A stretch of 64,000 nucleotides of DNA from Chiloscyllium plagiosum (taxonomy: Eukaryota). The translations under genes and the position numbers were made by a program. This document shows positions 27,901-42,900 of this stretch, piece by piece. A model generated the notes under the pieces. The model was not told the origin of the DNA, made no database searches, and saw nothing but the letters and a program-made list of their open reading frames with translations. Each line of letters opens with the position of its first letter. Position 1 is the stretch's first letter. Location of the stretch: NCBI RefSeq assembly GCF_004010195.1, contig NC_057719.1, positions 57,637 to 121,636 on the forward strand, given 5' to 3'.

Positions 27901-30900
27901 ATAAAAGTTTAAGAAAGTGAATTAAAATTAAGATGAGATCTGAATTTCCATTCTCTGGATTTGAAATCCAGGCATCAGCGCAACTCTCTGAGGTGTATGT
28001 AAGGCAAGGAACATGCATTCATGAAGCAGCTACAGCCTTGAGTGGTGCTTCATATTATGAAAATGGAGGACAAGCAGTTGTACGAGCAGAATTAGTGGAA
28101 CAACAGAAAGAACAGGTAGGTTTAGGGAGCATTCTGGATTAGTGGTGCTGGAAGAGCACAGCAGTTCAGGCAGCATCCAAGGAGCTTCGAAATCGACCTT
28201 TCGGGCAAAAGCCCAGAGCAGACTCAGTGGAGGGAGAAGGGTGTGGAGTGGCCTCCAGGGAAACAGTTCCAAAGAATTCTGAAGGCCCTGAAACTGAACG
28301 TGGAGCAGAATGGGTGGGGTTAGGCCTCAGTTGAGAGAGTTAAGATCACAGACAAGTCCTTGAAGCAGGGTGAGGATGTTGAATTGAACGAGTTGGAGAA
28401 AGGGATTCAGTGAAAGGTTTTAATGGGCACTTACTGTACATCCTATATTACAATGGCAAATACATTCAAAACACTTCATTAAGTTTAAAGCAGCTTTAGG
28501 ACATCTGACATACAAGTTTTTTTCCCTCTCCTCCACCCCATTTTCATTCCTGACAGCTGTGTTTAGGAACTCTGACTCTAATCCAACTGCCAGATATTGA
28601 TACTCACCCTCTTGTATAGGATCTGGAGGAATTAACAGCTCTACCTCGGTAGCCAGGCTGGTAAAATAGTCCTTCAAGAAAAACAGTGCATCCTAAATGT
28701 AGAAAGAGGGAAATCAAAAATCCATCAGAGTGCTTACAAAACAAAAATCAGGAGGATCAAAAAAGAATTCTGCGTGTATTTCAGAAAGAAAACCTCAGAT
28801 TTGTTTCACAAACAATTTTCTTTCACAACTACAAAGGTCAGGGTGACACCAGGTCAATATGACTTTACCAAAATAATTTATTCCAAGGGCACTGATCCTT
28901 ACTGGGATTTTGAGTCTCTCAGCACAAACCCTCACTGATAATGTGGGATTTACAGGCACTGCTTTATTAGAGGATGGTCCAATAAGGAATGAACTTATTT
29001 TGGTTCTGACTGCCAGAGATCTGATTTCCTTCCAATACTTAACCACTTGGACATTGGAGGGAAGCTCAAACACATTTCGAGTCTGTTAGCATCATTGTGG
29101 GCAAGAACTGGCGGACATCCCGATCCATAATCCTACACACAACTGTTGTGTATGGACTGGCCATTCAGGGTCAAGCTGGTGAACTCAGGGACTTTATATT
29201 GGTTCAGGAAAACCTTCCTGATAGTTCAGTTCAGAATGAACTCAGATATGATTTGGTGGAAAGGACAGGATTAGGGCACAGGCATGACTCCCCTCCCATT
29301 TTTACTAACCTGATCGATGTTTAATCGAAGGGGCATTAGTGTGATGCGTAAACAGCACTCACGAGGCATCTGAGTGGAATCTGGACTCACGTGTAATGCC
29401 TTAATAGTTAGCTGAAGAAGAGATAGTGAAAGGTTACTATCATTCTTTAAATTACAAAGGCAATACTATGTGCATAAACATCGCTTACATTCTCTCAGTG
29501 TAGAAGACTGAAAGATCTTCTAATTAAGGTACACAAAATGTTAAAAAGGATTCAAACAGGACTACTGTTTCAGAAACAGAGTTCAAATACCATCATGGCA
29601 ATTGAAGGAATTTAAATTCAATTAATAAATCAATCCAGAATTCATTGTGATCATAAATTAACAGATTGTCATTAAAAACTCATCAGTTCACTAACATGCC
29701 TAAGGGACGAAAATCTGCTGGCCTTACTGGCCTTACATGTGACTCCAGTCCCACAGCAATACGGCTGATTCTCAAACAACCTCAGAAATATCTCAATGAG
29801 TACTGAGTTCTAGGCTGCTCCCTCACACCAGCTCAGTGGCAATTAAGGATGGGCAACAAGTCCGGGCCATATCAGTGACATTCGTGGACCAAGAAGGAAT
29901 TATTTATTAAAAATCAGGCACCTGTTTTTGCTAAAGCGCTGGAGGCTGAGGCGCCACCTGATAGAAGTACATAAAATTATAAGCAGCACAGTAAGGAGAA
30001 TAGGCAGTGTCTTTTTCCCAGGGGGTTAATGTCAAATACTAGAGGTCATAGGTTTAAGGTGAGAGGGGAAATTTTAAAGGAGGTGTGAGAGGAAATTTAC
30101 TTTTTACATAGGTGTATAGAATCCACTGCTAGCGGAGGTAGTAGAAGCAAATACGAAAGCAACATTTAAGAGCATTTAAACTGACATATGAACAGGAGTG
30201 AATAGAAGATAATAGACCACCGCAGGCAGGTGGGATTAGTTCAGAATGATAGTAAGCACAGAAATGGTGGGCCGAAAGCCCTGTTCCTGTGCTCTACTGT
30301 TCTTTTCTTTATTCACTCGTGAGACATGGGACGTGTGAGTCACTGGCTGGTCAGCATTTTATTGCCCATCCCTAGATGCCCTTGAAAGTGTAGTGAGCTG
30401 CCTTCTTGAACCGTTGCAGTCCATATGTTCACCTTCCAAAAGATCGCTGTTTCCACACAAAGGGTAACAGAAATCAAGAACGCTCTCTTTCAAAAGACTG
30501 TGAATGCTATGGGTCATTTGGAGCTTTCAAGACTACGTAGGACAGATTGATGTAATAAAATTATTATATAATTGATTCCTGGGATGGCAGGACTGACATA
30601 TGAAGAGAGATTGAGTTTGTTACAACTGTATTCACTGGAATTTAGAAGAATGAAGAGGGATCTCATAGAAACCAAAGAATTCTAACAAGACTAGATAGGT
30701 TAGATGCAGCAAGGGGAGTCCAGAACCAGAGGTTATAGTTTAAGGGTAAGGAATTTAGGACTAAGATGAGGAGAAATTTCTTCATTCTGTGAGTGGAGAG
30801 TCTATGGAATTCTCTACCAGAGAAAGTGGTTGTAGAAAGTGTGTTTTCAGGAGGGAGTTAAATATGGGGGAGGCTGAGATTACAGAACTGGGCTTGATGA

Positions 30901-33900
30901 TCAGCTATGATTACATTGAATGGTGGAGTAGGCTTGAGGAACAGAATGGCCTATTCCTACTCCTGTCTATACTTCAGTGTTAAAAGTTTCAAAGAATCAG
31001 AGAAAAGCTGATTAAATGGAGTTGATCTCATTGTAGAACACAGTAGGTTTGAGGAACTGAATGAATTTCCTTTTATTCTAAGTGCTATTATGTCCTCAGA
31101 AATGTCTCAACAAGTACTCGATTCTGGGCTGTTCTTCACACCAGTTCTGGAGGTCCACTGATCATTTATGCAATGCAGGTATCCTCTTTTAAAATTCTGG
31201 TTGAGGGGGTACAAGCCCTTCAGGGACTGACTCCCCTCCCGTCAAATCTCTGGTTAAAGCTGGAATATATTCCACATAGTTAGATATTTCTGCACCTTCA
31301 CTCACAGTTACTTTGTTCATCCATGAGTGACCGAAGGATCTCAGAGTGGAGAGTGTGGTGTTGGAAAAGCACAGCAGGCCAGTCAGCATCCGAGGAGCAG
31401 GAGAATTGACTTTTCGGGCAAGAGCCCTTCATCAGGAATGAGGCTGGGAGCCAAGGGGGTGGAGAGATAAATGGCAGGAGGGTGGGGATGGGGAAACTCA
31501 TCTCCATATACCTTGATACTGTTCTATTCCTCCCTCCCCGGTCCAGGAGCTCCCCACATACATTCGGGACACCACCCACACCCTCCACCTCCTCTAAGAC
31601 TTTTGTTTCCACAGCCCCCAACACCTCATCTTCATCATGAACAAGCAGTCTCTATACACCTCTATCCACCATGACGATGGCCTCTAAGCACTCAAGTTTC
31701 TTCCTCTCCCGACATCCCCACCAGCACCCCTCCACTGATACTCTCATTCATTTGGCTGAACTGGTCTTTACCCTCAATAATTTCTCCTTTGAATCTTCCC
31801 ATTTCCTCCAGACGAAAGGTGTAGCCATGGGCACCCGCATGGGCTCCAGCTATGCCTGTCTCTTTGTCGGTTATGTAGAACAGTCCATCGTCCACAGTCA
31901 CACCAACACCATTCCCCACCTCTTTGACTGTATCGGCATCACCTTGTGCTCCCACGGGGAGGTTGAACAGTTCATCAAATTCACCAACATATTCCACCCC
32001 AACCTTAAGTTCATCTGGACCATCTCAGATGCCTCTCCCCCCTTCTGGGACCTCTCCCTCTCCATCAACGGTGACCGACTCAACACGGACATCTTCTACA
32101 AACCCACCAACTCCCACAGCTACCTAGACTACACCTCCTCCCACCCTGCCTCCTGTAAAAATGCTATCCCTTAATCCCAATTCCTCCACCTCATCTGGTC
32201 CCAGGAGGACCGTTCCACCTCAGAACAAACCAAATGGCCTCCATCTTTAAAGACCACAATTTCCCCTCCCACGTGGTCGATGATGCCCTCCAGCACATCG
32301 CATTCACTTCCCGCACCTCTGCCCTCGAAACCCCACTCCTCGAAATGCAACAAGGACAGAATCCCCCCTTGATCCTCATCTTCCACTCCACCAACCTCCG
32401 TACACATCACATCATTCTCCACCATTTCCGCCACCGACAAATGGACCCCGATTTCCCTCCCACCCCTATCCGCTTTCCATAAAGACCGCTCCCTCCACGA
32501 CTCTGTCAGGTCCACACTGCCCACCAACCCTCCATCCCCACCCGGTACCTTCCACTGCCTCGGCAGGAATTGCAAAACCTGCGCCCACACCTCCCCCCTC
32601 ACCTCCGACCAAGGCCCCAAAGGAGACTTCCACATCCAGCAGAGTTTTATCTGCACTTCCACGTGTCACTTGCATATCTGTTGCTCCCGATGCGGTCTCA
32701 TCTACATTGGGGAGACAGGCAGAGTGCTTCAGAGAACATCTCCGGGACACCTGCATCAACCAACCGCACTGCCCCGTGGCTGAACACTTCAACTCTCCCT
32801 CCCACTCCACCAAAGACATGCAGGTCCTAGGCCTCCTCCATTGCCACACTCTAACCACCCGACATCTGGAGGAAAAACGCCTCATCTTCCGCTTTGGGAC
32901 TCCCCTACCTCATAGAACATAGAACATTACAGCACAGTATAGGCCCTTCGGCCCTCGATGTTGCACCTCCCTGTCATACTAATCTGAAGCCCATCTCTGC
33001 ACCCTTTCCAAAGCTTCCACATCCTTCTTATAATGCGGTGACCAGAACTGTACATAATCCTCCAAGTGTGGCCGTGCCAGAGCTTTGTACAGCTGCAGCA
33101 TAACCTCCTGGTTCCGTAACTTAATCCCTCTATTAATAAAGGCCAAAACACTGTATGCCTTCTTAACAACTCTGTCAATGTGGGTGGCAACTTTCAGGGA
33201 TCTGTGTACATGGACACTGAGATCTCTCTGCTCATCTGCACTCCCAAGAATCTTACCATTAGCCCAGTACTTTGCATTCTGATTCCTCATGGCATCAATG
33301 GGGATTTCATCAGATTCCTCATTTCCCCTCCCCTCCACCTTATCCCACTTCCAACCTTGCAATGTGGCACTACCCTCTTGACCTGTCCATCTTCCATCCC
33401 ACCTATCCGCTACACCCACCTCTCTCACCTATCACCATTACCCCCACCTCCATCCACCTATCGCACTCTCAGCTAACTTGCCCCCCACTTCACCCCCCCT
33501 TCCCATTTATCTCTCCAATCCCTCGGCTCACAAGCCTCATTCCTGATGAAAGGCTCTTGCCCGAAATGTCGAGTATCCTGCTCCTCGGATGCTGCCTGAC
33601 CTGCTGTGCTTTGTTAGCACCACACTTTCGGCTCTGATCTCCAGCATCTGCAGTCCTCAATTTCTCCTCAAGGATATCAGAATCAACTTTGCTCCTGCTC
33701 ACACCTCACTGGGTTTACTGTCTGCTAGTCAGGCAGCATTAAAATCAATTCTACAACATTAAATGCTGGCTAGCCAGCAATGACCATATTCCATAAATAA
33801 TAAATAAAAAAAACAATTGCTGTCTTGTTTGTGATTTGCGAACAGAATGCAGATCTAATACCAGAACCCATTTCATCCCAAAATGAGCAGAAATAGCAAG

Positions 33901-36900
33901 TCATGTAACCAGTGGAATGTAGGAACAAGAAAAGGTTCCTTGAGCCTCTTCTGTCACTCAATGAGATGATGACTGATCTGTATCTCAGTTCCACTGACTT
34001 GCTTTGGTGGTACCAACCAAAAGTCTATAATCTCAGTTTTGAAATTTTCAACTGATCCTCACCAATTTGACACAGCACTTCAGATTTCAACTATAGTCTT
34101 TGTTGAGCAGAGTTTCCTGCCCCTACTTTTGAGCCACCTGCTCAAGAAGACTCTTGCAATACATCTGAACAGGTTGATCAAAAATATTTATGCAGGCAGG
34201 TGGCTATACATCAGATAATCACTTGAGCACAAATTAAGAGAAACTTCGGCCCATTGAGTCTGCTCTACCCACAAATTCTTTTAACACCTCAATTATATCA
34301 GACTTAATCTTTAACCTCAAGGGAATACAAGTCTAGTCTTTGAAAGCAACCTTAATAAGTTAACTCTTTCAGCCTCAGTATTATTCTGGTGAAACTGCAC
34401 TGTACTCCCTCCGAGGCTTAACTGCTTTGGACAACATTGACAGATACAATTTTCAGTGCACCCATTCCTTGAGCTCCATTTAGAATTCTTCCAACCAACA
34501 CCAAGAGGTTAGGTAGATGGGCTGCTGAAGTGTTCAAAGGACACCTCACCCAGTGGCTTTTTAATTGAGTTTCCTCCTTCCAAACCCGGACCTCACCATA
34601 TTAGAATGAGCCTTTCTTGGGAATTCTTTGCTCGAATACAAGTAGAGGAATTTGTTCATCTGGGATGTGGCAAGACGGTCTCTGATCTCAAGATCTTGAA
34701 CGATAAAGACTTGTCGTGAAATGGGACGCTCTGCTGAACTTGGATCTTCATGAAAATCTGTCTGAGGGTACACTTCGTGCTGAAATTTCACCTTTTAAAA
34801 AAAAACATTGACATCAAATAGTGAACTGATTTCAAACTAAACTGAAAGGTCATTTATTTGGAAGGATTGCTACTGAACTAAAATCAAGCAAAACATTTAT
34901 TTAAATAGTCGCACAGGTTGCAAAGGTGGAGTGATGGATAAAATACTGGCATTTTCATGGATTGGGAAATTGGTGAGACATCATTAAAGCTTTGTAATTA
35001 GGTTGAAAACACCCATGGTGTCTTTTTCAGACTTGAAATTCAACATACGCAATTGATGCAGAACAGCAATGAACAAATCAACAGTTCAAACAGTATAATA
35101 CAAGTCAGGGAAACCATTAAACTTTTGAGTTTAATGAGACCCAACTTCAGCAAGGTGCCCAGTTTTGATCAATCCTATGCGATGATGTTGCTCCTTTAAC
35201 AAGGTATGCTGTCTGAGGCTTTTTTTTTCCAGAGATCGTAAAAGCAGCGATTCCAAAAGGTCTAGGTTTAAAGGGTTTTAGGACCAATTTGATTATAGCT
35301 AACAGATACTGCCTCAGACAAAAAGGCTTTCAAGTTTTTAAAAAAACACTTGTACTATGAAAGGGGAGTGGCCAGTTCTCCAAGTCTTGCTTTTCTTTGG
35401 TTTGGTTTGAGCAGTCTGGCTGTTCACTGAAAGCAGTCAAGCAGCGAGAGGCTGCTGGTGCAAGAAACAGCTACATGGAAGGTGGTGTTCCAGGCGACAT
35501 CTCTCTCTCTCTCTGCTACCCCCGCTCCCCCCCCATCCCATGAGAATCTGTGTTAGAATTTTTTTTTTGCAATGGGGTGCTTATGGGGATTGTTGCAATT
35601 ATTTGGAACAGCATCATTAAATTGGGATAATCTGCTGGGTTTTCAGACAGGTTAAGTCATTCTGTATTCTGTTCTCGTTTGTTTGTGTTTCATTCTGTAA
35701 TCTTGCAAATATATTCTGTTTTGTTTGAAACCAAGTTGTTGGCCCAGCTGCATCCCTCCTGGAATATCCACTTTACACCGGCTTAAAGCAACTAGCAAAG
35801 TTAGGGTCTGGGCTACTCTCTTGAAATATTTTGAGGGGGTCTGGCCTGGTCCATAACACCTACCTGAAACCTATGATCAGTTCCAGTCACTGAGACACAA
35901 GGGTGATATTAAAGTAACAGAGGCAGAACAGAGAAGCAGCATGACTGACAGGGTCAGGGTCTGAGACTTGAGGAACCACTTGGAGAAACTTTTCTGTTTG
36001 AAAGTAAGGTGCCGTAGATTCTTAGAAGAATGGGAACAGTAAATCCAGAATATTATCTTAAATGTCAAGAACAGGGCAAAGAAGTATTGCAAACAAGTAA
36101 AATATAACTTTAGGCCTGACATTGAGAGAATGCTTATCAATAGAGCGACCAATATATAGAATGAACTCCAGATAAATGCTGCCAAGTTTGGCTCAGTGGT
36201 AGCAGCCAGTCTCTCAGTCAGGATGAAGATTGTGGATTCAAAGACTTCTCCAGAGATTTGAGCAAACAAATTCAGATTGGTACTGTTATTGCAATTCTGA
36301 CGGAGTGCTGTACTTCCAGAGGAACCCCATCTTTCAGATGAGGTATTAAAATGAGGGCCATATCTGCTATCTCAGGAGAATGTAAAAGGTACCATGGTCA
36401 CTATTGGAAGGACAGGTAGGTTACCCCCAGTCTGAACCACTATTTATCCCTCACACAACATCACACTGGGACCTGTTGTGGAAGTTTCCTTTGGTTGACA
36501 TTCACAGCTGTGTTTCCTACATTACAAGAGTTAATATCTTTTAAAGATATTTAAAACTTTCTACACTGAAATGTCATGGGGTTATGAAAAGAACAAATGA
36601 GATACCTGTTTTTAATATTGATGTAGTCTTTGTAACTATCTGTCTCACAGACTAGTTAGGCCAAATTTGGGGTGGTGGGGGGTGGCACATGGGGATTGAC
36701 AGCAATATGTCAATCTGTTAACAATAAGATAAAGCTGGCAAAGAAAGGAGAAAAGAAATGAATTATGGAAAGTTTTTGCTCTCATGTGAAGCACAATGCA
36801 ATGTGCAAGTGTTTCACAAAACATTCAGTTAGTATAGCAGCAGCAGCACCAAGTATGGTACTCACAGGTCAGAAACTGAATGATACTGATCTCTACCTTG

Positions 36901-39900
36901 CTGAACTGAATCTCCATCAGGACATCATGATTCCTCCCTGGTCCACCCTGAATACGCCGGGCAGAACGGCCATGGCGGGCTGACGACTGAGATGGCGAGC
37001 CTTGACAGGAGCTGGAAGCAGATTTAGGTCTACAAAGAAACCAGCCAGTAAGTACTTCAATTTGCATCATTGCATATTTGTTCTTTATTAACGATGACTT
37101 AAACGGAAGCATCGTGTAACAGTCCTACTTGGAGACCATAGTTTTGCCTCACAAAATTAAGACTAACACTCAGTCTCCAACTTGAACCAATTCCTTTCAG
37201 GACTCCAAATCAAATCCATCTCCCTCAACCTTCAGGAAGCAGCTATGCTTAAACAGCAGTGAATTAGTGTACATTCAATATATGTTGCCTCAACACAATT
37301 TGCTAATTACTAATTTCCTTTTATATCTTGAAAGACACTGCTTTGATCCCAGCTGATCTTATTTTTGGACAGGTCAAATCGTAGAGTTAAATCTGGCTTG
37401 ATAAATCAGAATTTTTGTTTCTTTTCTTGTTGGTTTTAACAAGGTGGTTCCTCACTGCAACATGAACACACAATGTTGCAAATTAGTTTTAAACAATAGA
37501 ATAGAAACTTCTAGACAGAAAAAAAACAGAATAAACCAAACGATTTGCTTAAAGACGGTTACATTTACTCCCATTAATCCCAAAAAGAAACTTCCTTACG
37601 GATTCCAAAAGCACCCCTTGAACAGTACTCAAAGTAGAAAGCAAAATCTTTCTCTCACCTCAATAGGCTTAATTTAAGCGTGACTTCAATATCCATGTTG
37701 AAAAATCAGGTCGCATTTTCCTAGAACTTTCACATATCTGAGTTCAAATGTTCTCCACTTCAAATAACCACTTCAGGGTTTTACCCAAAAACGTCAGGTC
37801 TGAGACTATTACTGAATTCCTTACTTCTCAGGGACATTGCCTTAAATATCCATTTTCATGCCCAAAACTAAATATCTTTTTCAAGCTATGGGTGTTTTCC
37901 TTAAGCTTTAATAAAATTCCTTACGTTTCTCACAGAAATCTTGCTCCATGACATACTCTTCCAAAGTAAATAAAACACATTAGTTCTGAAAGTGACACCT
38001 TCAAGTGGTTCTTAAAAATTTATTATGGCTACAGAAATACCGACAAGTTAATCATTAAACTCTTCAGAAACAGAAAAATGTCACATCATTAAATCAGAAT
38101 TCAAAAGTCCAAACTTAGCTGATATTAAAAATATATACAAATCATACAATCTACAATGGACACAATGATGGCTGCTATGTGGACTGTAGCTTGACCTGGG
38201 GACAATCCATTGCCTGACTGATATTAAGGTTTTAATTGGATATCAACAGAATGTTAATGATGTGGACTGGCTAGGCAGGTGCTATGGGAACTCAACATGG
38301 TAGGTCTTACTGATGTTGGTCATTTGGATCCTGATATCAGATTGGATTGTTAATTTTCCGTTATGTTTTAGACCTGCCACTGGGATTTCAAGATTGGGTT
38401 AAGTCTAGTCAGTATGTTTCATCCTTTCAACTATGCAAATAATCTAAAATAATTTAACTATTGTAAAATGTTCTGGAATTCAAAATTCAGAGAGATCACT
38501 TTCAGTGTCGAAGGACAAGTGGGTACAGACCTGTCACTGCTGATAGGAGTTTGAGGACATGATAATTACAAAACTTAAAACACATTGGTCCTTTGTGACT
38601 TTCATGAAACTACTAATACATTAAACACGATCAGCAACAGCGATGATAAAAAGACATACGTTATGCTTTTCACAGGAGAACGTGCAGACAGGGCAGTTCC
38701 GAAGTCCCTTCCTCCATAAAGGTGCCAGACAACCGAGATCTCCTTCACCACATATCGGATCTCAGGGACTGGAAGGTGCAGTGGTGATTTGCTTGTGTCC
38801 AGCTTCTTCACTGGTTGTGAGAAGTAGTCATCTTTGATGAGGATCGGTCCGGAATTCAACATCCTCACGACAGGCTCAGTCTCTCTCTGCCAGAAAGACA
38901 AATAACTCCTTTAAAAACTTCAGGCATTTTCATCTAGATGGACAGCAGATACATGGGAAAACCCACTACCTGCAAGTTCCCCTCCAAGCCACTCAACCAC
39001 CATGACTTGGAAATATATCGCCATTCTTTCTGGGTCTTTGAGTCAAAGTCCTGGAACTCCCACCCTAAGGGCATTGTGGGTCTACCAACATCACAGGGAC
39101 TGCAGCGGTTCAAGGCAGCTCACCCCCACCTTCTCAAGGGCAACTAAGACAGGCACTAAGAGCTGGCCCAGCCAGCAACACCCATGTTCCATGTTTGAAT
39201 AAAATAAATTTCAGCTGGAGTTACTTGATGGTCATCAGCAACATGAGTACTAATATTGATTCCAGTCCCTCACTCACCCTGAGGTGCAGCACTTCCGCTA
39301 CTGATCTCAGTTAGGAAAGACTTGTATTTCGATGAGTTCAGGATGTTGCAAAGGGCTGGACAGGAAATTAAGCATTTTTAAAACATCACCACTACTAGGT
39401 AAATATGAAGAACTGCAGCAGCCGCTTGTTTTAAACATTTGCTCACGAGGTGTGAGTTGGCTATGTCAGCATTTCTGTTGTCCATTCTTAATTGGCCTTA
39501 AGTAGGTGATAGTGAGTAGTTTTCCTGAGCTGTGGCAACCTATATAATGTACTAACATCCACAAATATGTATAAAAGGAAGAACTGTGGATGCTGGAAAT
39601 CTGAAACAAGCAAAAACAGAAATTGCTGCAGAAACCCTGCAGTCTGGCAGCATTCTTTAGATCTTCCTTTAAACATTAGAAGCTCCTCGCAGCGATTCTT
39701 TTTTCCCTTTCAGCACTTACCATGATCGCCATTTTTGGTGCCTCCAGGATACAGAAATCCTCACTCTCAGGTTGCTCACTGGGGAAGGTGGGGTAGACTG
39801 CATGATGTTCCGGGAAGATCATGGTGGAACTTGGGCTGTGTTCTTGTGAAGAACTTCCACTCTCATCGGGGAACAGAAACAGGTCAGACCGAGCTGGCTC

Positions 39901-42900
39901 ACGCTCGTGAATGAGGTCATCGTAGATCCCTAAAGGTCGAGAAAGACCAATTAAACTCATCATTCTTGTGTTACTTTGAAAGGTAACAGAAAAGGTCAAA
40001 AGAAGATGGTTGATCTTTGTTTCAAATGATCATGTTTAAAACAGTAAAACAAGATATGATATATTTTTAACAAAGTTTGGCACAGTTATGTGAGGAGATA
40101 GGAGGATAGGTAACTATCCGTGAGGCCAGTTTTAAGAGGTGAGAGGTAGAGGGGCTTAGGAAGAAAATTGCAGAGCAAGGACAGGTGACTGCACACTTAG
40201 CTACTTGAGGATATACAACAGATCAGAATTGGAGGAACAGAGAGATTTCAAGAGTTTGCAGGTTGGAAGATGTTATAACGAGACCAGGTGAAAGAAGTAG
40301 GCTATAAGGAGCATCATAAAAGATATCAGTTTACAGCTGACTAAACTCAGCGCCTCTTCCTGTTTAATGGTTAGCACTTGCAGCTTTTCATTTGACCCTT
40401 CTGCCTTCTCCACTCACCATTTGAGTGCTGTGAGGCTTGAGTAGTAGGAGGCGAAGACGGTGCGATATCCATCTCTTCCATCGCATCGATCATCAGGTCC
40501 CGTAAGAGCTTTTGCTCGGCTTCAGCAAGGCCGGAGGTTCGGCAGGGAGCACTGTCACCTGAACCAGCCTGAGTAGGAGACATTGCTACGGTTAATCCAT
40601 CAGGCACCAGAATGACAAAGGTTTACTGAGGTCAACGTGAAATGGGGCAAGTGTGGTTTACAGTTGAGGGATGAGGGCAGTGAAAGAGAACAAGTGACTG
40701 TGGATTTGAGGTTCCCAAACCTTGGCCTGACTGGAGGTTTCCGCCTCTTGTGTCTGGATCTGTTATATACTTGATCACTGTAATTAATCAATAACTCTGT
40801 TATCATTCTATCATGGTTCTATGGCTATACACACACGCACAAACTGGACCTGCTCACTGACACCCAGTTTGAACTAGGTCACAGTCACTCAGCTCCTGAC
40901 TCCTTTGTTTAAAAGAGCTGAATTCCAGAAATGAGGTGAAAGAGGCAGTCTTTGACAACAAGGTTGCTTTTGGCCAAGTGTGGCACCAAAAGTTCTGAGC
41001 AAAATATTGGTTCTCCTGCTCCTCAGATGCTGCCTGACCTGCTGTGCTTTTCCATCACCCCACTCTCAACTCTGATCTCCAGCATCTGCAGTCCTCACTT
41101 TCTGCTAGAGTCAGAGGGAGTCAGGGAAAACTCTCCTCTGGTTGGATATCACTCATCTGACGTCCAGGATACCCTGCAGGAGTTCCTTAGAGTAATGCCA
41201 AAAGTGGAGATTTTCACTGATGACTGCAGTCAACATTCACTCCCTCTACCACCAACACTCAGTAGCAGCAGTGTGTACCATCTACAAGATGCACTGTAGA
41301 AATTCACCAAGGTACCTTAGACAGCACCTTCCAAACTCATGACTGCTTCCACCAAGAAGGACAAGGGCGGCTGATACATGGGAACACTACCAGTTGCAGG
41401 TTTCCCTCCAAGTCACGCATCATCCTGATTTGGAAGTATATCACTGCTCCTTCATTGATGCTTGGTCAAAATGCTGGAACTCCCTCCCTAATAGCACTGG
41501 GGACCTACACCAGTGTCACAGTTCAAGAAGGCAGCTCACCACCATCTTCTCAAGGGCAACCAGGAATGGGCAATACAAAACCAAAACAAATTCTAATTTA
41601 TCAAAGCAGGTTTCAGCCTGGGACCTGACTTGTCCATCATAACAATATCAGCTAGATTCCTGTGAATAAGCCAGCTTTCTCAAAATCTTGAAGAGGGATG
41701 GGCAATTCATCCTGGCATAGCCAGCAATGCCAAACCCCATGACAGCATTGAAAATAAATTATTGTAAATATATTTTGATTACCCTGCTTCTCTGAGCTGC
41801 TGTTCCTGCAGCGGCCTGGAATTTGCAAGGTGGATGTAGGTCGCCGTAACTCGCCACATACTGGATGAGATTCATAAGGGCAGCACAAGAATCAGAACAC
41901 GTCCGGATATGGATGACGTCACTTGCGCATCGAAGCTCAAACCGGGGCTGAAATTGACAAAGCGGTAAAGTTCATTGGAGAACCCAATAAGTATGAACAA
42001 TCTGACACAGTAACAACCAAAATGCCTAAAGTCTCCCTCACCCTCTCTGCTTCTGCAGTCTGCTTTGATGCAGTTATTTGGAATTCCAGTAACCCCATGT
42101 CCAGGACACGCACGTAATCTGGAATAAATAATTTGGACTGACTGAACCTGGTGAACAGATTTTGTCTTTCATAGTAACATATTGACAGTCAGCCAATAAA
42201 AAGCTGCAAAAGTCAACAAAAATCTAACAGCAACCAAGTTCCCTGTGGTCTTCACGACTATTCAGGTTATATGTTAATGATATAGACGAAGGAACTGAGA
42301 TCACTGTTGCTAAATTTACAGATGGCACAAAAATAGATGGACGGACAGAAAGTACTGAGGAAATGGGGAGGCTGCAGAAGGACTTGTACATGCTAGGAGA
42401 GTGGGCAAAGAAGTTGCAGATAGAACACAATCTGGCAAAGTGTGAGGTTATGCACTTTGATAGAAAGAATAGAGGCACAGACTATTTTCTGAATTGGGAA
42501 AAGCTTGGAAATCTGAAGCACAGAGACATCTGGGGGTTCTAATTCAGGATTCTCTTAAGGTTAACATGCAGGTTCAATTGGCAGCTAGGAAGGCAAATCA
42601 ATGTTAGCATTCATTTCAAGAGGGCTAGAATACAAGAGCAGAGATGTACTGCTGAGGCTGAATAAGGCTATGGTCCAACCACATTTGGAATACTGAGAGC
42701 AGTTTTGGGCCCTGTATCTAAGGTAGAACGTGGGTGGCACAGTGGTTAGCACTGCTGCCTCACAGCGCCAGAGACCCGGGTTCAATTCCCGCCTCAGGCG
42801 ACTGACTGTGTGGAGTTTGCACGTTGTCTGCGTGGGTTTCCTCTGGGTGCTCCAGTTTCCTCCCACAGTCCAAAGATGTGCAGGGCCAGGTGAATTGGCT

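Noticed and set aside
40551..40560. Alternative acceptor (ttcag|GTGAC) for the 40418 exon
   Set aside because: Phase-incompatible with the upstream phase-0 donor at 41783; the 40568 acceptor keeps the frame.
42732..42800. tRNA gene
   Set aside because: The A and B boxes belong to a SINE head that continues into SINE body and tail in multiple copies.
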